Assembly (NCBI RefSeq): GCF_947497025.1
Contig: NZ_CANMFC010000010.1
Span: 3,138 to 67,137, forward strand
Source: an uncultured Kushneria sp.
Lineage (GTDB): Bacteria > Pseudomonadota > Gammaproteobacteria > Pseudomonadales > Halomonadaceae
Direction of reading: 5' to 3'
DNA length: 64,000 bases
The notes beneath the pieces are model-generated. The model saw only the letters and a list, made by a program, of their open reading frames with translations, did not search any database and was not told the DNA's origin. Positions 1 through 8,539 of the stretch are shown piece by piece. A program made the translations under genes and the position numbers. Numbering within the stretch: the stretch's first letter is position 1; each line of letters starts with the position of its first letter.

Positions 1-836
1 GCGGCAATCCTGCCCCCGCCGATACGGCGCATCAGTTGCTGAGAGATCACGCCCTGAAGGGACTCGGACAGCATGGCGCGTACCATTGCCTTTTCATCAC
101 CGGGAAAGACATCCACGATACGATCCACCGTTCGGGCCGCAGATGTGGTATGCAGCGTGGCCAGCACCAGGTGGCCGGTCTCGGCAGCCGTCAACGCCAG
201 CCGCATGGTGTCCAGATCGCGCATCTCTCCCACCAGAATGACATCAGGATCTTCGCGCAGCGCCGAGCGCAGGGCACTGGCCACATCATGCGTGTCGCGT
301 TGCACCTCGCGCTGGTTGATCAGCGCTCGCCGGGAGTAGTGCACGAATTCGATGGGATCCTCGATGGTCAGCACATGCTGGGCGCGGGCGCCGTTGATAT
401 GATCCACCATGGCCGCTAGCGTGGTGGACTTGCCCGAACCGGTCGGCCCCGTCACCAGCACCAGTCCATGCGGACAGGAGGCCAGTCGCCGAAAGACGTC
501 TCCGAGTCCCAGCGACTCAAGGCTGGGCACATGAGAAGGGATAGTACGAAAAACCCCGGCTACGCCCCTGTCCTGATGAAAGGCATTGACGCGAAAGCGG
601 GAAACGCCGGGGACATCGACGGAAAAATCGATCTCCAGCGCTTCCCTGAAACTTTTCTGCTGGGCCTCACTCATGACCGCCAGCAGCAGACGCTCGACGT
701 CTTCGTGTTCAAGCGCCGGGGCATTAAGGCGACGAATCTCGCCGTCGACGCGCATCATGGCAGGTAGACCTGCCGACAGGTGTAGATCCGAGGCACCCTG
801 TTTTGCCGTAAAAGCCAGCAGTTCGGTAATATCCAT
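1..836 (-). CDS. pilT: Type IV pilus twitching-motility ATPase PilT (C-terminus runs off the window at position 1)
   Basis: Absent from the ORF track because it has no stop in the window. Reverse-strand translation from the ATG at 836 gives MDITELLAFTAKQGASDLHLSAGLPAMMRVDGEIRRLN..., with Walker A GPTGSGKSTT. It is colinear with the Pseudomonas PilT N-terminus and divergent from yggS, as in Pseudomonas. Confidence 0.9.
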   Translation of the reverse strand, partial: MDITELLAFTAKQGASDLHLSAGLPAMMRVDGEIRRLNAPALEHEDVERLLLAVMSEAQQKSFREALEIDFSVDVPGVSRFRVNAFHQDRGVAGVFRTIPSHVPSLESLGLGDVFRRLASCPHGLVLVTGPTGSGKSTTLAAMVDHINGARAQHVLTIEDPIEFVHYSRRALINQREVQRDTHDVASALRSALREDPDVILVGEMRDLDTMRLALTAAETGHLVLATLHTTSAARTVDRIVDVFPGDEKAMVRAMLSESLQGVISQQLMRRIGGGRIA

Positions 837-874
837 GCGTTCGCAGTTCCGGACGTCACAAAGAGTGATCACTC

Positions 875-1603
875 ATGAGCGATCAGCAGTCACGCGCGAC
901 CCCCGATCAGAGCCACGCCGTAAAGGACAATATCGTCGCGATACGCCACCGACTTGAGCAGGCGCTTGCCAGCGCCGGTCGGTCGGCCGATAGCGCGGCG
1001 GTACTGGCGGTCAGCAAGACCAAACCGGCGGCCATGCTGCGGGAGGCGTTTGACGTCGGGCAGCGTCTTTTTGGTGAAAACTACCTGCAGGAAGCGCTGG
1101 AAAAACAGCAGGCGCTGGCAGACCTTGAAGAGATCGAATGGCACTATATCGGCGCACTTCAGTCCAACAAGACACGTGACGTGGCCGAACACTTCAGCTG
1201 GGTTCACACCGTGGATCGCGAGAAGATCGCCCGACGCCTGAGCGAGGCTCGCCCGGCCTCCATGGGAGCACTCAATATCTGTCTGCAGGTCAATATCAGC
1301 CGGGAGAGCTCGAAGTCGGGCGTCACACCCGAAGCGCTGCCGGCGCTGGCTGAACAGGTACTGGCCCTGCCGGGCCTTCGGTTGCGGGGCCTGATGGCCA
1401 TTCCGGCGGCCAGCGATGACCCGGCGCAACAGCGACGTCCCCATGCGGCGCTGCGCGAGCTTTTCGAGGCACTGGCAAGGCGTTATCCCGAGGCGCCACT
1501 GGACACCCTGTCGATGGGCATGAGCGGTGATATGGAAGCGGCCATTGACGAGGGCGCCACGCTGGTCAGACTTGGAACAGTCATTTTCGGCAGCCGCGAC
1601 TGA
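875..1603 (+). CDS. yggS: YggS-family pyridoxal-phosphate homeostasis protein
   Basis: 242 aa with the AVSKTKP PLP-lysine motif and an alanine-racemase N-terminal-like fold signature. Sits in the yggS-proC-yggT synteny. Confidence 0.9.
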   Translation: MSDQQSRATPDQSHAVKDNIVAIRHRLEQALASAGRSADSAAVLAVSKTKPAAMLREAFDVGQRLFGENYLQEALEKQQALADLEEIEWHYIGALQSNKTRDVAEHFSWVHTVDREKIARRLSEARPASMGALNICLQVNISRESSKSGVTPEALPALAEQVLALPGLRLRGLMAIPAASDDPAQQRRPHAALRELFEALARRYPEAPLDTLSMGMSGDMEAAIDEGATLVRLGTVIFGSRD

Positions 1604-1629
1604 ACATCCCGACTACAAGGACACCTTTC

Positions 1630-2457
1630 ATGGCAAGTCAATTGACCTTCATCGGAGCTGGCAATATGGCCAGCGCCATCTTCGGCGGGCTGATCGACAA
1701 TGGCTATCCGGCTGATGCCATTACGGCCACCTCTCCCGATGAGACCATGCTCGAACAGCATCGCGCGCGCTACGGCATTCAGACCACCACTGACAATGCT
1801 GCAGGGGTCAGCGAAGCCGATGTCGTCATTCTGGCCGTCAAGCCACAGATCATGCGTGAGGTGTGCGAGACGATTCAGGAGGCGCTTCAGATCAGCCGTC
1901 CATTGATCATCTCCATTGCCGCCGGCCTCACCATCGATACGCTGGGCCAGTGGCTGGGCGATGACAGCCTGCCCATCGTGCGCTGTATGCCCAACACACC
2001 GGCACTGGTGGGCCAGGGCGCCACCGGCCTGTATGCGTCCCCCGGCCTCGGCGAGCACCACCGCGCCCTGGCCGGCGATCTGCTGTCAGCCGTTGGCATC
2101 ATCGAATGGGTAGAGGAAGAAACCCTGCTCAGTGCCGTGACGGCCATCGCCGGCAGTGCGCCCGCCTACTTCTTCTATATGCTGGAGGCGATGGAAAATG
2201 CCGGCGTGGCACGAGGACTGTCACGTGAGACAGCACGGCGTCTGGCCATTCAGACGGCATTGGGCGCAGCCCATATGGCAAAAGAAAGTGAGCAGGACCC
2301 GAAAACGCTCAAGCAACAGGTCATGTCGCCGAAAGGTACTACGGAGCGCGCCATTGCCAGTTTTGAGCAGGCCGGCTTCGAGAAAATGGTGGATGATGCC
2401 ACACTGGCCTGTTTCGAGCGTGCCGAATCACTGGCACGTGAGCTGCGGGATCAGTAA
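1630..2457 (+). CDS. proC: Pyrroline-5-carboxylate reductase
   Basis: 275 aa with an N-terminal FIGAGNMA Rossmann motif and a C-terminal SPKGTTE motif typical of ProC. Confidence 0.93.
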   Translation: MASQLTFIGAGNMASAIFGGLIDNGYPADAITATSPDETMLEQHRARYGIQTTTDNAAGVSEADVVILAVKPQIMREVCETIQEALQISRPLIISIAAGLTIDTLGQWLGDDSLPIVRCMPNTPALVGQGATGLYASPGLGEHHRALAGDLLSAVGIIEWVEEETLLSAVTAIAGSAPAYFFYMLEAMENAGVARGLSRETARRLAIQTALGAAHMAKESEQDPKTLKQQVMSPKGTTERAIASFEQAGFEKMVDDATLACFERAESLARELRDQ

Positions 2458-2502
2458 ATTCACTGTATCTGTCATCTTGTGACGACATAACGGAGAGTCT
2501 CC

Positions 2503-3084
2503 ATGGGGAGCGCACTGGGCGATACCGGCATCATGCTGGTCAACACCCTGATCAACCTTTATCTGTTTGTGCTGATGCTGCGCTTTTTGCTGCACGCTTC
2601 ACGTGCCGACTACTACAACCCCATCAGCCAGGCGATCGTCAAGGCAACCTCGCCGCTGGTGGCCCCTCTGCAGCGCGTCCTGCGACCTGCCGGTCCCATC
2701 GATATTGCAACGCTTGTGGTCGCGCTGTTGTTCAAGATGGTGGGCATCGCCCTGATCTGCATGGCGATCTTTGGCTTTCCGCCCATCGGGCTTCTGGCCG
2801 TGGCGGCGCTGGCTGGCGTGGTCAACGCCATTTTGAAGATCTATTTCTTTGCCATGATCATCATGATCATTCTGAGCTGGGTCGCGCCTCAGTCCGGCCA
2901 CCCCGGAGCACTGCTGGTGTTTCAGATTACCGAGCCGGTCATGGCGCCGGTACGACGCGTTATCCCTTCGATTGGCATGATTGACCTGTCCCCCATTGTG
3001 GTCTTTTTGCTGATCAACGTACTCGACAGCTTTCTGGTGGGCGCCCTGAGCCGCGCAGCCGGCCCCCTTGCCCCGCTGATTTAA
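2503..3084 (+). CDS. yggT: YggT-family integral membrane protein
   Basis: 193 aa, multi-TM, duplicated YGGT repeat architecture, conserved position after proC. Confidence 0.85.
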   Translation: MGSALGDTGIMLVNTLINLYLFVLMLRFLLHASRADYYNPISQAIVKATSPLVAPLQRVLRPAGPIDIATLVVALLFKMVGIALICMAIFGFPPIGLLAVAALAGVVNAILKIYFFAMIIMIILSWVAPQSGHPGALLVFQITEPVMAPVRRVIPSIGMIDLSPIVVFLLINVLDSFLVGALSRAAGPLAPLI

Positions 3085-3093
3085 GACCTGACA

Positions 3094-3119
3094 GGCTGTC
3101 GTGCCCGCGCACGACAGCC
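3094..3119 (+). terminator. Perfect 11-bp GC-rich hairpin after yggT with no U tract
   Basis: GGCTGTCGTGC-ccgc-GCACGACAGCC lies 10 nt after the yggT stop. It is followed by GC-rich sequence, so it may be a non-canonical terminator or an mRNA-stabilising stem. Confidence 0.3.
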
Positions 3120-3225
3120 GCCCCGCCAGCGCTCGCCACCCGACGTCTGCAACGATATGCTACAGTGCGCCTGCGACGCCGGGCCGCAATTTCGGCCTGC
3201 CCTGTCTGACCGGATTTGAGTGCTG

Positions 3226-4392
3226 ATGCCCGAGACACTGTCTTCTACCTCGGTTGGCCTGGTAACCCCCCAGGTCGCCCGCTTTGATACGCCCCTGCGG
3301 CTTGCCTGTGGCCGTGAACTCCCGGCCTTTGAGCTGGTGTATGAAACCTACGGTACGCTCAACGAAACGGCCAGCAATGCGGTCCTGATCTGCCATGCGC
3401 TGTCGGGTCACCATCATGCTGCCGGCTATCATCATGTCGATGACCGAAAGCCCGGCTGGTGGGATGCTCACATCGGCCCCGGCAAAAGCATCGACACCCG
3501 GCGTTTTTTCGTGATTACGGTCAACAACCTTGGCGGCTGCCACGGCAGTACCGGTCCCTCCAGTGAAAATCCGGCCACCGGCCGTATCTGGGGCCCCGAC
3601 TTTCCGCTCATGACGGTGACCGACTGGGTCAACAGCCAGGCCATGCTGGCTGATCGGCTGGGCATCCAGCGCTTCGCCGCCGTGGTCGGGGGCAGTCTGG
3701 GCGGCATGCAGGTCCTGCAATGGGCCATGAGCCTGCCCGAGCGGGTGGCCAACGCCACCGTCATTGCCGCGACGCCACGGCTTTCGGCACAAAACATTGC
3801 CTTTAATGAAGTGGCGCGCCAGGCCATACGTTCCGACCCCGAGTTCTTCGACGGCTGGTACAGCGAGCATCAGACCCTGCCCAGACAAGGGCTGCGGCTG
3901 GCCCGTATGGTTGGCCATATTACCTATCTCTCGGAACACTCCATGGGCGCGCGCTTCGGACGCGATCTGCGCACCGACAGCCTCAACTATGGCTATGACG
4001 TTGAATTCGAGGTGGAGTCCTATTTGCGCTATCAGGGCGACACCTTCTCGACACGCTTTGATGCCAATACCTATCTGCTGATGACCAAGGCACTTGATTA
4101 CTTCGACCCGGCCGGCGAACACGAGGATGACCTCCCCCGTGCCCTGTCCACGGCGACGTGTCGTTTTCTGGTGGTCAGCTTCACGACCGACTGGCGTTTC
4201 GCGCCGGCCCGGTCACGCGAACTGGTCGATGCGCTACTGCGGGCCGGCAAGCATGTCAGCTATGCCAATATCGACTCCCCCCATGGACATGATGCCTTTC
4301 TGCTACCCAATGAGCGCTATGAGGCCGTATTGGGTGGCTTCATGACGCGTGTTGCCAATGACGTGGAACAGGCTACCGGAGGAAATTCGTGA
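3226..4392 (+). CDS. metX: Homoserine O-acyltransferase, MetX family (acetyl versus succinyl specificity cannot be told from sequence by eye)
   Basis: Alpha/beta hydrolase with GGSLGGMQ nucleophile elbow. The N-terminus [16 protein letters not shown] parallels Pseudomonas MetX. Start moved from GTG 3220 to ATG 3226. Confidence 0.9.
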   Translation: MPETLSSTSVGLVTPQVARFDTPLRLACGRELPAFELVYETYGTLNETASNAVLICHALSGHHHAAGYHHVDDRKPGWWDAHIGPGKSIDTRRFFVITVNNLGGCHGSTGPSSENPATGRIWGPDFPLMTVTDWVNSQAMLADRLGIQRFAAVVGGSLGGMQVLQWAMSLPERVANATVIAATPRLSAQNIAFNEVARQAIRSDPEFFDGWYSEHQTLPRQGLRLARMVGHITYLSEHSMGARFGRDLRTDSLNYGYDVEFEVESYLRYQGDTFSTRFDANTYLLMTKALDYFDPAGEHEDDLPRALSTATCRFLVVSFTTDWRFAPARSRELVDALLRAGKHVSYANIDSPHGHDAFLLPNERYEAVLGGFMTRVANDVEQATGGNS

Positions 4393-4982
4393 TGCGGGCC
4401 GATCTTGCACTGATTTATGACTGGGTCCCGCATGGCGCTCGCGTTCTGGATCTGGGCTGTGGCGACGGGACCCTGCTGGCAGCGCTCTCGGCGCAAAAGC
4501 AGGTCACGGGCTATGGTCTGGAGATCGACAGCGACGGGATTTCACGCTGTCTTGAAAAGGGCGTGGATGTCATCGAACAGGATCTGGACCAGGGGTTGAC
4601 CAATATTCCCGATGACACCTTCGACCTGGTGATCATGACTCAGGCGCTTCAGGTCCTGAGACGCCCCGACCTGATGCTCGACGAAATGCTGCGGGTCGCC
4701 AATGAATGCATTATTGCCTTCCCCAACTTTGCCTGGTGGCGTCATCGCCTGTCGCTGGGGCTCAAGGGCCGCATGCCGGTATCACGCTCGCTGCCGCATG
4801 CCTGGTACGACACACCCAATATTCACCTGTCGACCTTCCGGGACTTTGCCGATCTGTGCCGCCAGCAGGGGCATACCATCACCGATCAGGCGGTGGGCAA
4901 TGGCAACCGGGAAGGCCAGTGGCGCCACCGACGCTGGCCCAACCTTTTCGGCCAGGATGCCATCTTTCGAGTCAAGCGCTAG
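4392..4982 (+). CDS. metW: Methionine biosynthesis protein MetW
   Basis: [29 protein letters not shown]-methyltransferase-like N-terminus. GGAGG RBS upstream of ATG 4392, which overlaps the metX stop. Confidence 0.9.
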   Translation: MRADLALIYDWVPHGARVLDLGCGDGTLLAALSAQKQVTGYGLEIDSDGISRCLEKGVDVIEQDLDQGLTNIPDDTFDLVIMTQALQVLRRPDLMLDEMLRVANECIIAFPNFAWWRHRLSLGLKGRMPVSRSLPHAWYDTPNIHLSTFRDFADLCRQQGHTITDQAVGNGNREGQWRHRRWPNLFGQDAIFRVKR

Positions 4983-5055
4983 AACAGACGGCTCCGGAAC
5001 CCTGGACTTTGGTATGATCGAGTGATCAATCTGCGACGCCCAGCGAGGCCTGAAC

Positions 5056-5463
5056 ATGAATTTTCATACCCGCAAGTGGATCAAGCCCGAGGATCTCAAC
5101 CCCAATGGGACACTCTTCGGGGGAAGTCTTCTGAAGTGGATCGACGAAGAGGCGGCCATCTATGCGGTCATTCAGCTGGCCAATTCGCGCGTGGTGACCA
5201 AATACATGTCGTCCATCAACTTTGTTTCCAGCGCACGTCAGGGTGACATCATCGAGCTGGGGATTACCGCCACCAGATTCGGCAAGACATCGCTCACCCT
5301 TCACTGCGTGGTCCGCAACAAGATCACCCATAAAAACATCCTGACCATTGATGAGATTGTCTTCGTCAACATGGGCGATGACGGCCGCCCCGCCCCGCAT
5401 GGCAAAACGAAGATCACCTACCTTCGCGATCGCGAGCTGGAAGGTCCCGACAGCGCCACCTGA
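5056..5463 (+). CDS. Acyl-CoA thioesterase, hotdog fold (YciA-like)
   Basis: 135 aa. The NPNGTLFGGSLLKWIDE motif is typical of YciA/4HBT thioesterases. Confidence 0.8.
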   Translation: MNFHTRKWIKPEDLNPNGTLFGGSLLKWIDEEAAIYAVIQLANSRVVTKYMSSINFVSSARQGDIIELGITATRFGKTSLTLHCVVRNKITHKNILTIDEIVFVNMGDDGRPAPHGKTKITYLRDRELEGPDSAT

Positions 5464-5465
5464 AC

Positions 5466-6158
5466 CTAATAAAGGCGGCGATAGTGACAGGCTGTCACTT
5501 GTTCGGGCGTGATCTCACAGCCCAGCATCATGACTTCTACACCGGCCTCGTATGCCATCTGAAAGGTGCGGGCATAGGCAGGATCCAGATGCGCTGCCGG
5601 GCGGACGTCATCAATACCGTCATGGGCGACCAGAAAGACCAGCACTGCCCGATCACCGCCGGCGCGCAGTGCCATCAGTGTTTCCAGATGACGGCGCCCA
5701 CGGGTGCTGACCGAATCCGGGAAGTAGCCACAGTCCCCCTCCTTGAGCGTCACCTGCTTGACCTCCAGCCAGACCGGAACGCCGCCTTCAGGCGTCAGAC
5801 AAAAATCAAGCCTTGAGTCCCCTGCCCTGACCTCACGCTGTAATGTCCACGGCGGCTCGAACGGCAGCAGTGTTCCCGTTTCCAGTGCTTCCTGCACCAG
5901 CGCATTGGCACGCCCGGTATGAATAGAGGCCAACGCCCCATCCGGCAGCTCGATCAGTTCCCAGGTCCATGCCAGACGGCGTTTTGGATTGTCGTGCCAG
6001 GATACCCAGACCCGGCAGCCAGGCACATTAACCGCGCGCATCGAGCCGGTGTTGGGGCAATGCGCGGTAATGATGCGCCCGTCATCAAGGCGGATGTCGG
6101 CCAGAAAGCGTTTATAGCGTGCAATAAGTACGCCCGACCATAGTGGCGGCAACCTCAT
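5466..6158 (-). CDS. sfsA: DNA/RNA nuclease SfsA (sugar fermentation stimulation protein A)
   Basis: The N-terminus (MRLPPLWSGVLIARYKRFLADIRL), the CPNTGSM motif and the C-terminal half match SfsA. Start moved to the internal ATG (6158), which gives the conserved RYKRF N-terminus. Confidence 0.85.
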   Translation of the reverse strand: MRLPPLWSGVLIARYKRFLADIRLDDGRIITAHCPNTGSMRAVNVPGCRVWVSWHDNPKRRLAWTWELIELPDGALASIHTGRANALVQEALETGTLLPFEPPWTLQREVRAGDSRLDFCLTPEGGVPVWLEVKQVTLKEGDCGYFPDSVSTRGRRHLETLMALRAGGDRAVLVFLVAHDGIDDVRPAAHLDPAYARTFQMAYEAGVEVMMLGCEITPEQVTACHYRRLY

Positions 6159-6358
6159 GTTCCCGGCCCCAGCGCCGATACCATGCCTTGAACTATACTC
6201 ATGAGGTGATCTCCAGGCCTGCTGACTTTTGTTGAAACCGGCTTGCAATCGGCATGGATTTCCTATAAATAGCACTACCCTGAATCATGCGATGCGGTAA
6301 TCAGGAACAGTCTTGCGGGCTTACAGCATCGCTATTACCTGCAGTGAGGCAATCTCCC

Positions 6359-6790
6359 ATGGCAGTAGCCGAGACGCAGTCGCCCGATACCTTTAAGCCC
6401 TATGCGCCAACGCCGGGCGAAGAGTACATGAACGAGCAGCAGCTGGCACACTTTCGCCAGATTCTGCTCAACTGGAAAAACGACCTGATGGCAGAGGTTG
6501 ATCGCACCGTTCGTCACCTTCAGGAAGACGCCAACAACTACGCGGATCCTGCCGATCGCGCCACGCAGGAAGAAGGCTTCAATCTCGAGCTTCGCACCCG
6601 TGATCGCGAGCGAAAGCTGCTCAAGAAGATCAACGAGACCATCGAAAAAATCGATGAGGATGACTACGGCTTTTGCGACGCGTGCGGCATCGAAATCGGC
6701 ATCCGACGCCTGGAAGCCCGGCCCACGGCCACACTCTGCGTTGACTGCAAAACGCTGTCGGAATTGAAGGAAAAACAGCTCGGAGGCTGA
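6359..6790 (+). CDS. dksA: RNA polymerase-binding transcription factor DksA
   Basis: C4 zinc finger CDACGIEIGIRRLEARPTATLCVDC and coiled-coil DxxDxA tip (ADPADRATQEE). Start set at ATG 6359 (MAVAETQ...). Confidence 0.92.
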   Translation: MAVAETQSPDTFKPYAPTPGEEYMNEQQLAHFRQILLNWKNDLMAEVDRTVRHLQEDANNYADPADRATQEEGFNLELRTRDRERKLLKKINETIEKIDEDDYGFCDACGIEIGIRRLEARPTATLCVDCKTLSELKEKQLGG

Positions 6791-7705
6791 ATGCCGAGCC
6801 AAAGGCATATTGAACACGGCCCCGCGGTTGTTGGTCGCTTTGCACCAACGCCCTCGGGGCCTTTGCATTTCGGCTCTTTGCTGGCCGCACTGGCGAGCTG
6901 GCTGGATGTCCGCTCAAAAGGCGGCCGCTGGCTGTTGCGCATCGAGGATATCGATCCGCCCCGCTGTCCGCCCGGTGCCAGCGATACCATCATCAAACAG
7001 CTTGACGCCTTCGGCCTTTACCACGATGGCACCGTCGAGTATCAGCATGACCATGATAGCGATTACCAAACGGCGCTGGACGCGCTGGTGGAAGGCGGTA
7101 TGGCCTACCCCTGCAGCTGTTCGCGAAAAGAGTGGCGGCATTTCAGCATCTACCCGGGCTGGTGCCGTCACGGTCCCCTGCATCCCGAGCGAGATGTTGC
7201 CTGGCGACTCAGGACCGATATCGGCGTTCCGGACGTCTGCTGGCAGGACCGACGACTGGGCCATCAGAGCTGGTCATTGCCAGCCCTCGGTGATGTGGTG
7301 CTCAAGCGACGCGATGGGCTATGGGCCTATCAGCTGGCCGTGGTGGTCGATGACGCCCGCCAGGGGATAACGGATATCGTCCGAGGTGCTGACCTACTCG
7401 ACAACACGCCCTGGCAGATTCGACTGCAGCAGGCATTGGGCTATACCACGCCCAGGTATCTCCACCTGCCGCTGGTGGTTGCCGCCAATGGCCAGAAACT
7501 TTCCAAGCAAAACATGGCGCCCGCTCTTCCCCTGCAGGATCACGCCGTTCGCCCACTACTTCACGAAGCCCTCACGCTTCTGGGGCAATCCCCCGAGCCG
7601 GCACTGCGCCATGCATCTGTCAGCAACCAGCTCAGCGCCGCCATTAATAGTTGGCGACCGCACTTTCTGGTTTCTCACAATGTTCAACAAACGACTTCGA
7701 ATTGA
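6791..7705 (+). CDS. gluQ: tRNA glutamyl-Q(34) synthetase GluQRS
   Basis: Truncated GluRS-like catalytic domain: GRFAPTPSGPLHFGS (HIGH-type) and KLSKQ (KMSKS-type). Follows dksA, as in E. coli and Pseudomonas. Confidence 0.9.
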   Translation: MPSQRHIEHGPAVVGRFAPTPSGPLHFGSLLAALASWLDVRSKGGRWLLRIEDIDPPRCPPGASDTIIKQLDAFGLYHDGTVEYQHDHDSDYQTALDALVEGGMAYPCSCSRKEWRHFSIYPGWCRHGPLHPERDVAWRLRTDIGVPDVCWQDRRLGHQSWSLPALGDVVLKRRDGLWAYQLAVVVDDARQGITDIVRGADLLDNTPWQIRLQQALGYTTPRYLHLPLVVAANGQKLSKQNMAPALPLQDHAVRPLLHEALTLLGQSPEPALRHASVSNQLSAAINSWRPHFLVSHNVQQTTSN

Positions 7706-7775
7706 CCACTATCGACCATCGTCGTCTTTTTTTACGCCCCGTTACGCGTATGCTGACCCTAGCCAACGAGGGCAG

Positions 7776-7824
7776 TGCACCAAAAATAAGCACGCACGCG
7801 AAATATTCGCACTTTTTTAGTGCA
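7776..7824 (+). promoter_or_regulatory. Two candidate enhancer-binding-protein sites (NtrC-like TGCACC-N5-GGTGCA dyads) with centres 32 bp apart
   Basis: Site 1 is 7776-7792 TGCACC-aaaaa-TAAGCA. Site 2 is 7808-7824 CGCACT-ttttt-AGTGCA. Their centres are about -162 and -130 relative to the predicted sigma54 start. Confidence 0.35.
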
Positions 7825-7919
7825 AAAATGATTTCTGGAATGTACCGGAACTCATTCTGGACAATGCCAGACCAATTAGATTTTCATAGCACCATGAATT
7901 TGATGGGGTTTTTTTTAGG

Positions 7920-7935
7920 TGGCACGTGTTCTGCA
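7920..7935 (+). promoter_or_regulatory. Sigma54 (-24/-12) promoter
   Basis: TGGCAC-gtgtt-CTGCA versus consensus TGGCAC-N5-TTGCW. GG is at 7921-7922 and GC at 7933-7934, correctly spaced. Predicted +1 is near 7946. Confidence 0.6.
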
Positions 7936-7945
7936 CTAATAGAGT

Positions 7946-8415
7946 CGACTGAAGAAGAATAACAGCGATCACCTGACCGGCTTCCAACAAAAACAATGCC
8001 CGGTGCCGATCGACAACCTTGCACAATAACAATATGAAAAGGTCCGTCATAAACGCGTGGATGAGCTGATAACAACAATAATAATGGCACCATCACGTAC
8101 GAGGCGTTAATAACAACAATAAAGCCCTTTCGTTATCCACAGAATGCGATGTCATTGCAGCGTTGTACGACAATAACAACCCAACCCTGCGACACTCCGG
8201 AACAACAATAAAATCTTCGGAGCAGCCTTGTGGCTGTCGTTATGGAAGATTGTTTTGAATACGAGATGTTCGCAGCCGTTTTAGTACACAAAAACAATAG
8301 ATCACGGCATATTGCGTTTGGTGAACATGGTACGTATTCAGGGCGATGCGCCATCACGAAGAAAAACACAATGCATCATCATTGGCGGGGAGACGAAAAA
8401 TGTCTCCCCGTTTTC
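7946..8415 (+). ncRNA. Candidate CrcZ-type protein-sponging sRNA with nine A-rich CA motifs
   Basis: No credible CDS in this stretch. It lies between the sigma54 promoter (7920-7935) and an intrinsic terminator (8387-8415). AAnAAnAA-type motifs are at 7952, 7986, 8023, 8069, 8109, 8170, 8201, 8288 and 8359. Several sit in loops closed by 5-bp stems (7976-80/8000-04, 8195-99/8218-22, 8275-79/8304-08, 8345-49/8373-77). The locus immediately upstream of pcnB matches Pseudomonas crcZ. Confidence 0.6.
8387..8415 (+). terminator. Rho-independent terminator (proposed 3' end of the sRNA)
   Basis: GGGGAGAC-gaaaaat-GTCTCCCC followed by GTTTTCATT. Confidence 0.7.
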
Positions 8416-8448
8416 ATTACCAAAACCTGACTTGTATGACAGGCTGCT

Positions 8449-8476
8449 TTGCAAGCTTTTGCTGCTCGGCTACACT
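8449..8476 (+). promoter_or_regulatory. Candidate sigma70 promoter for pcnB
   Basis: TTGCAA, 16-nt spacer, TACACT. Located after the terminator and before the conserved PcnB N-terminal region. Confidence 0.35.
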
Positions 8477-8539
8477 GAGCTTCTGATCGGCGTCACGATT
8501 TATCAGGGCGCAGACAGATCGGGACATCATGGCCGTTAT

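Noticed and set aside
7950-8375. The repeated AACAACAATAA-like elements considered as a CRISPR array or tandem-repeat locus
   Set aside because: The repeats are only 11-16 nt, degenerate, A-rich and irregularly spaced (about 30-90 nt). No cas genes are present. The pattern fits protein-binding RNA motifs, not CRISPR repeats.
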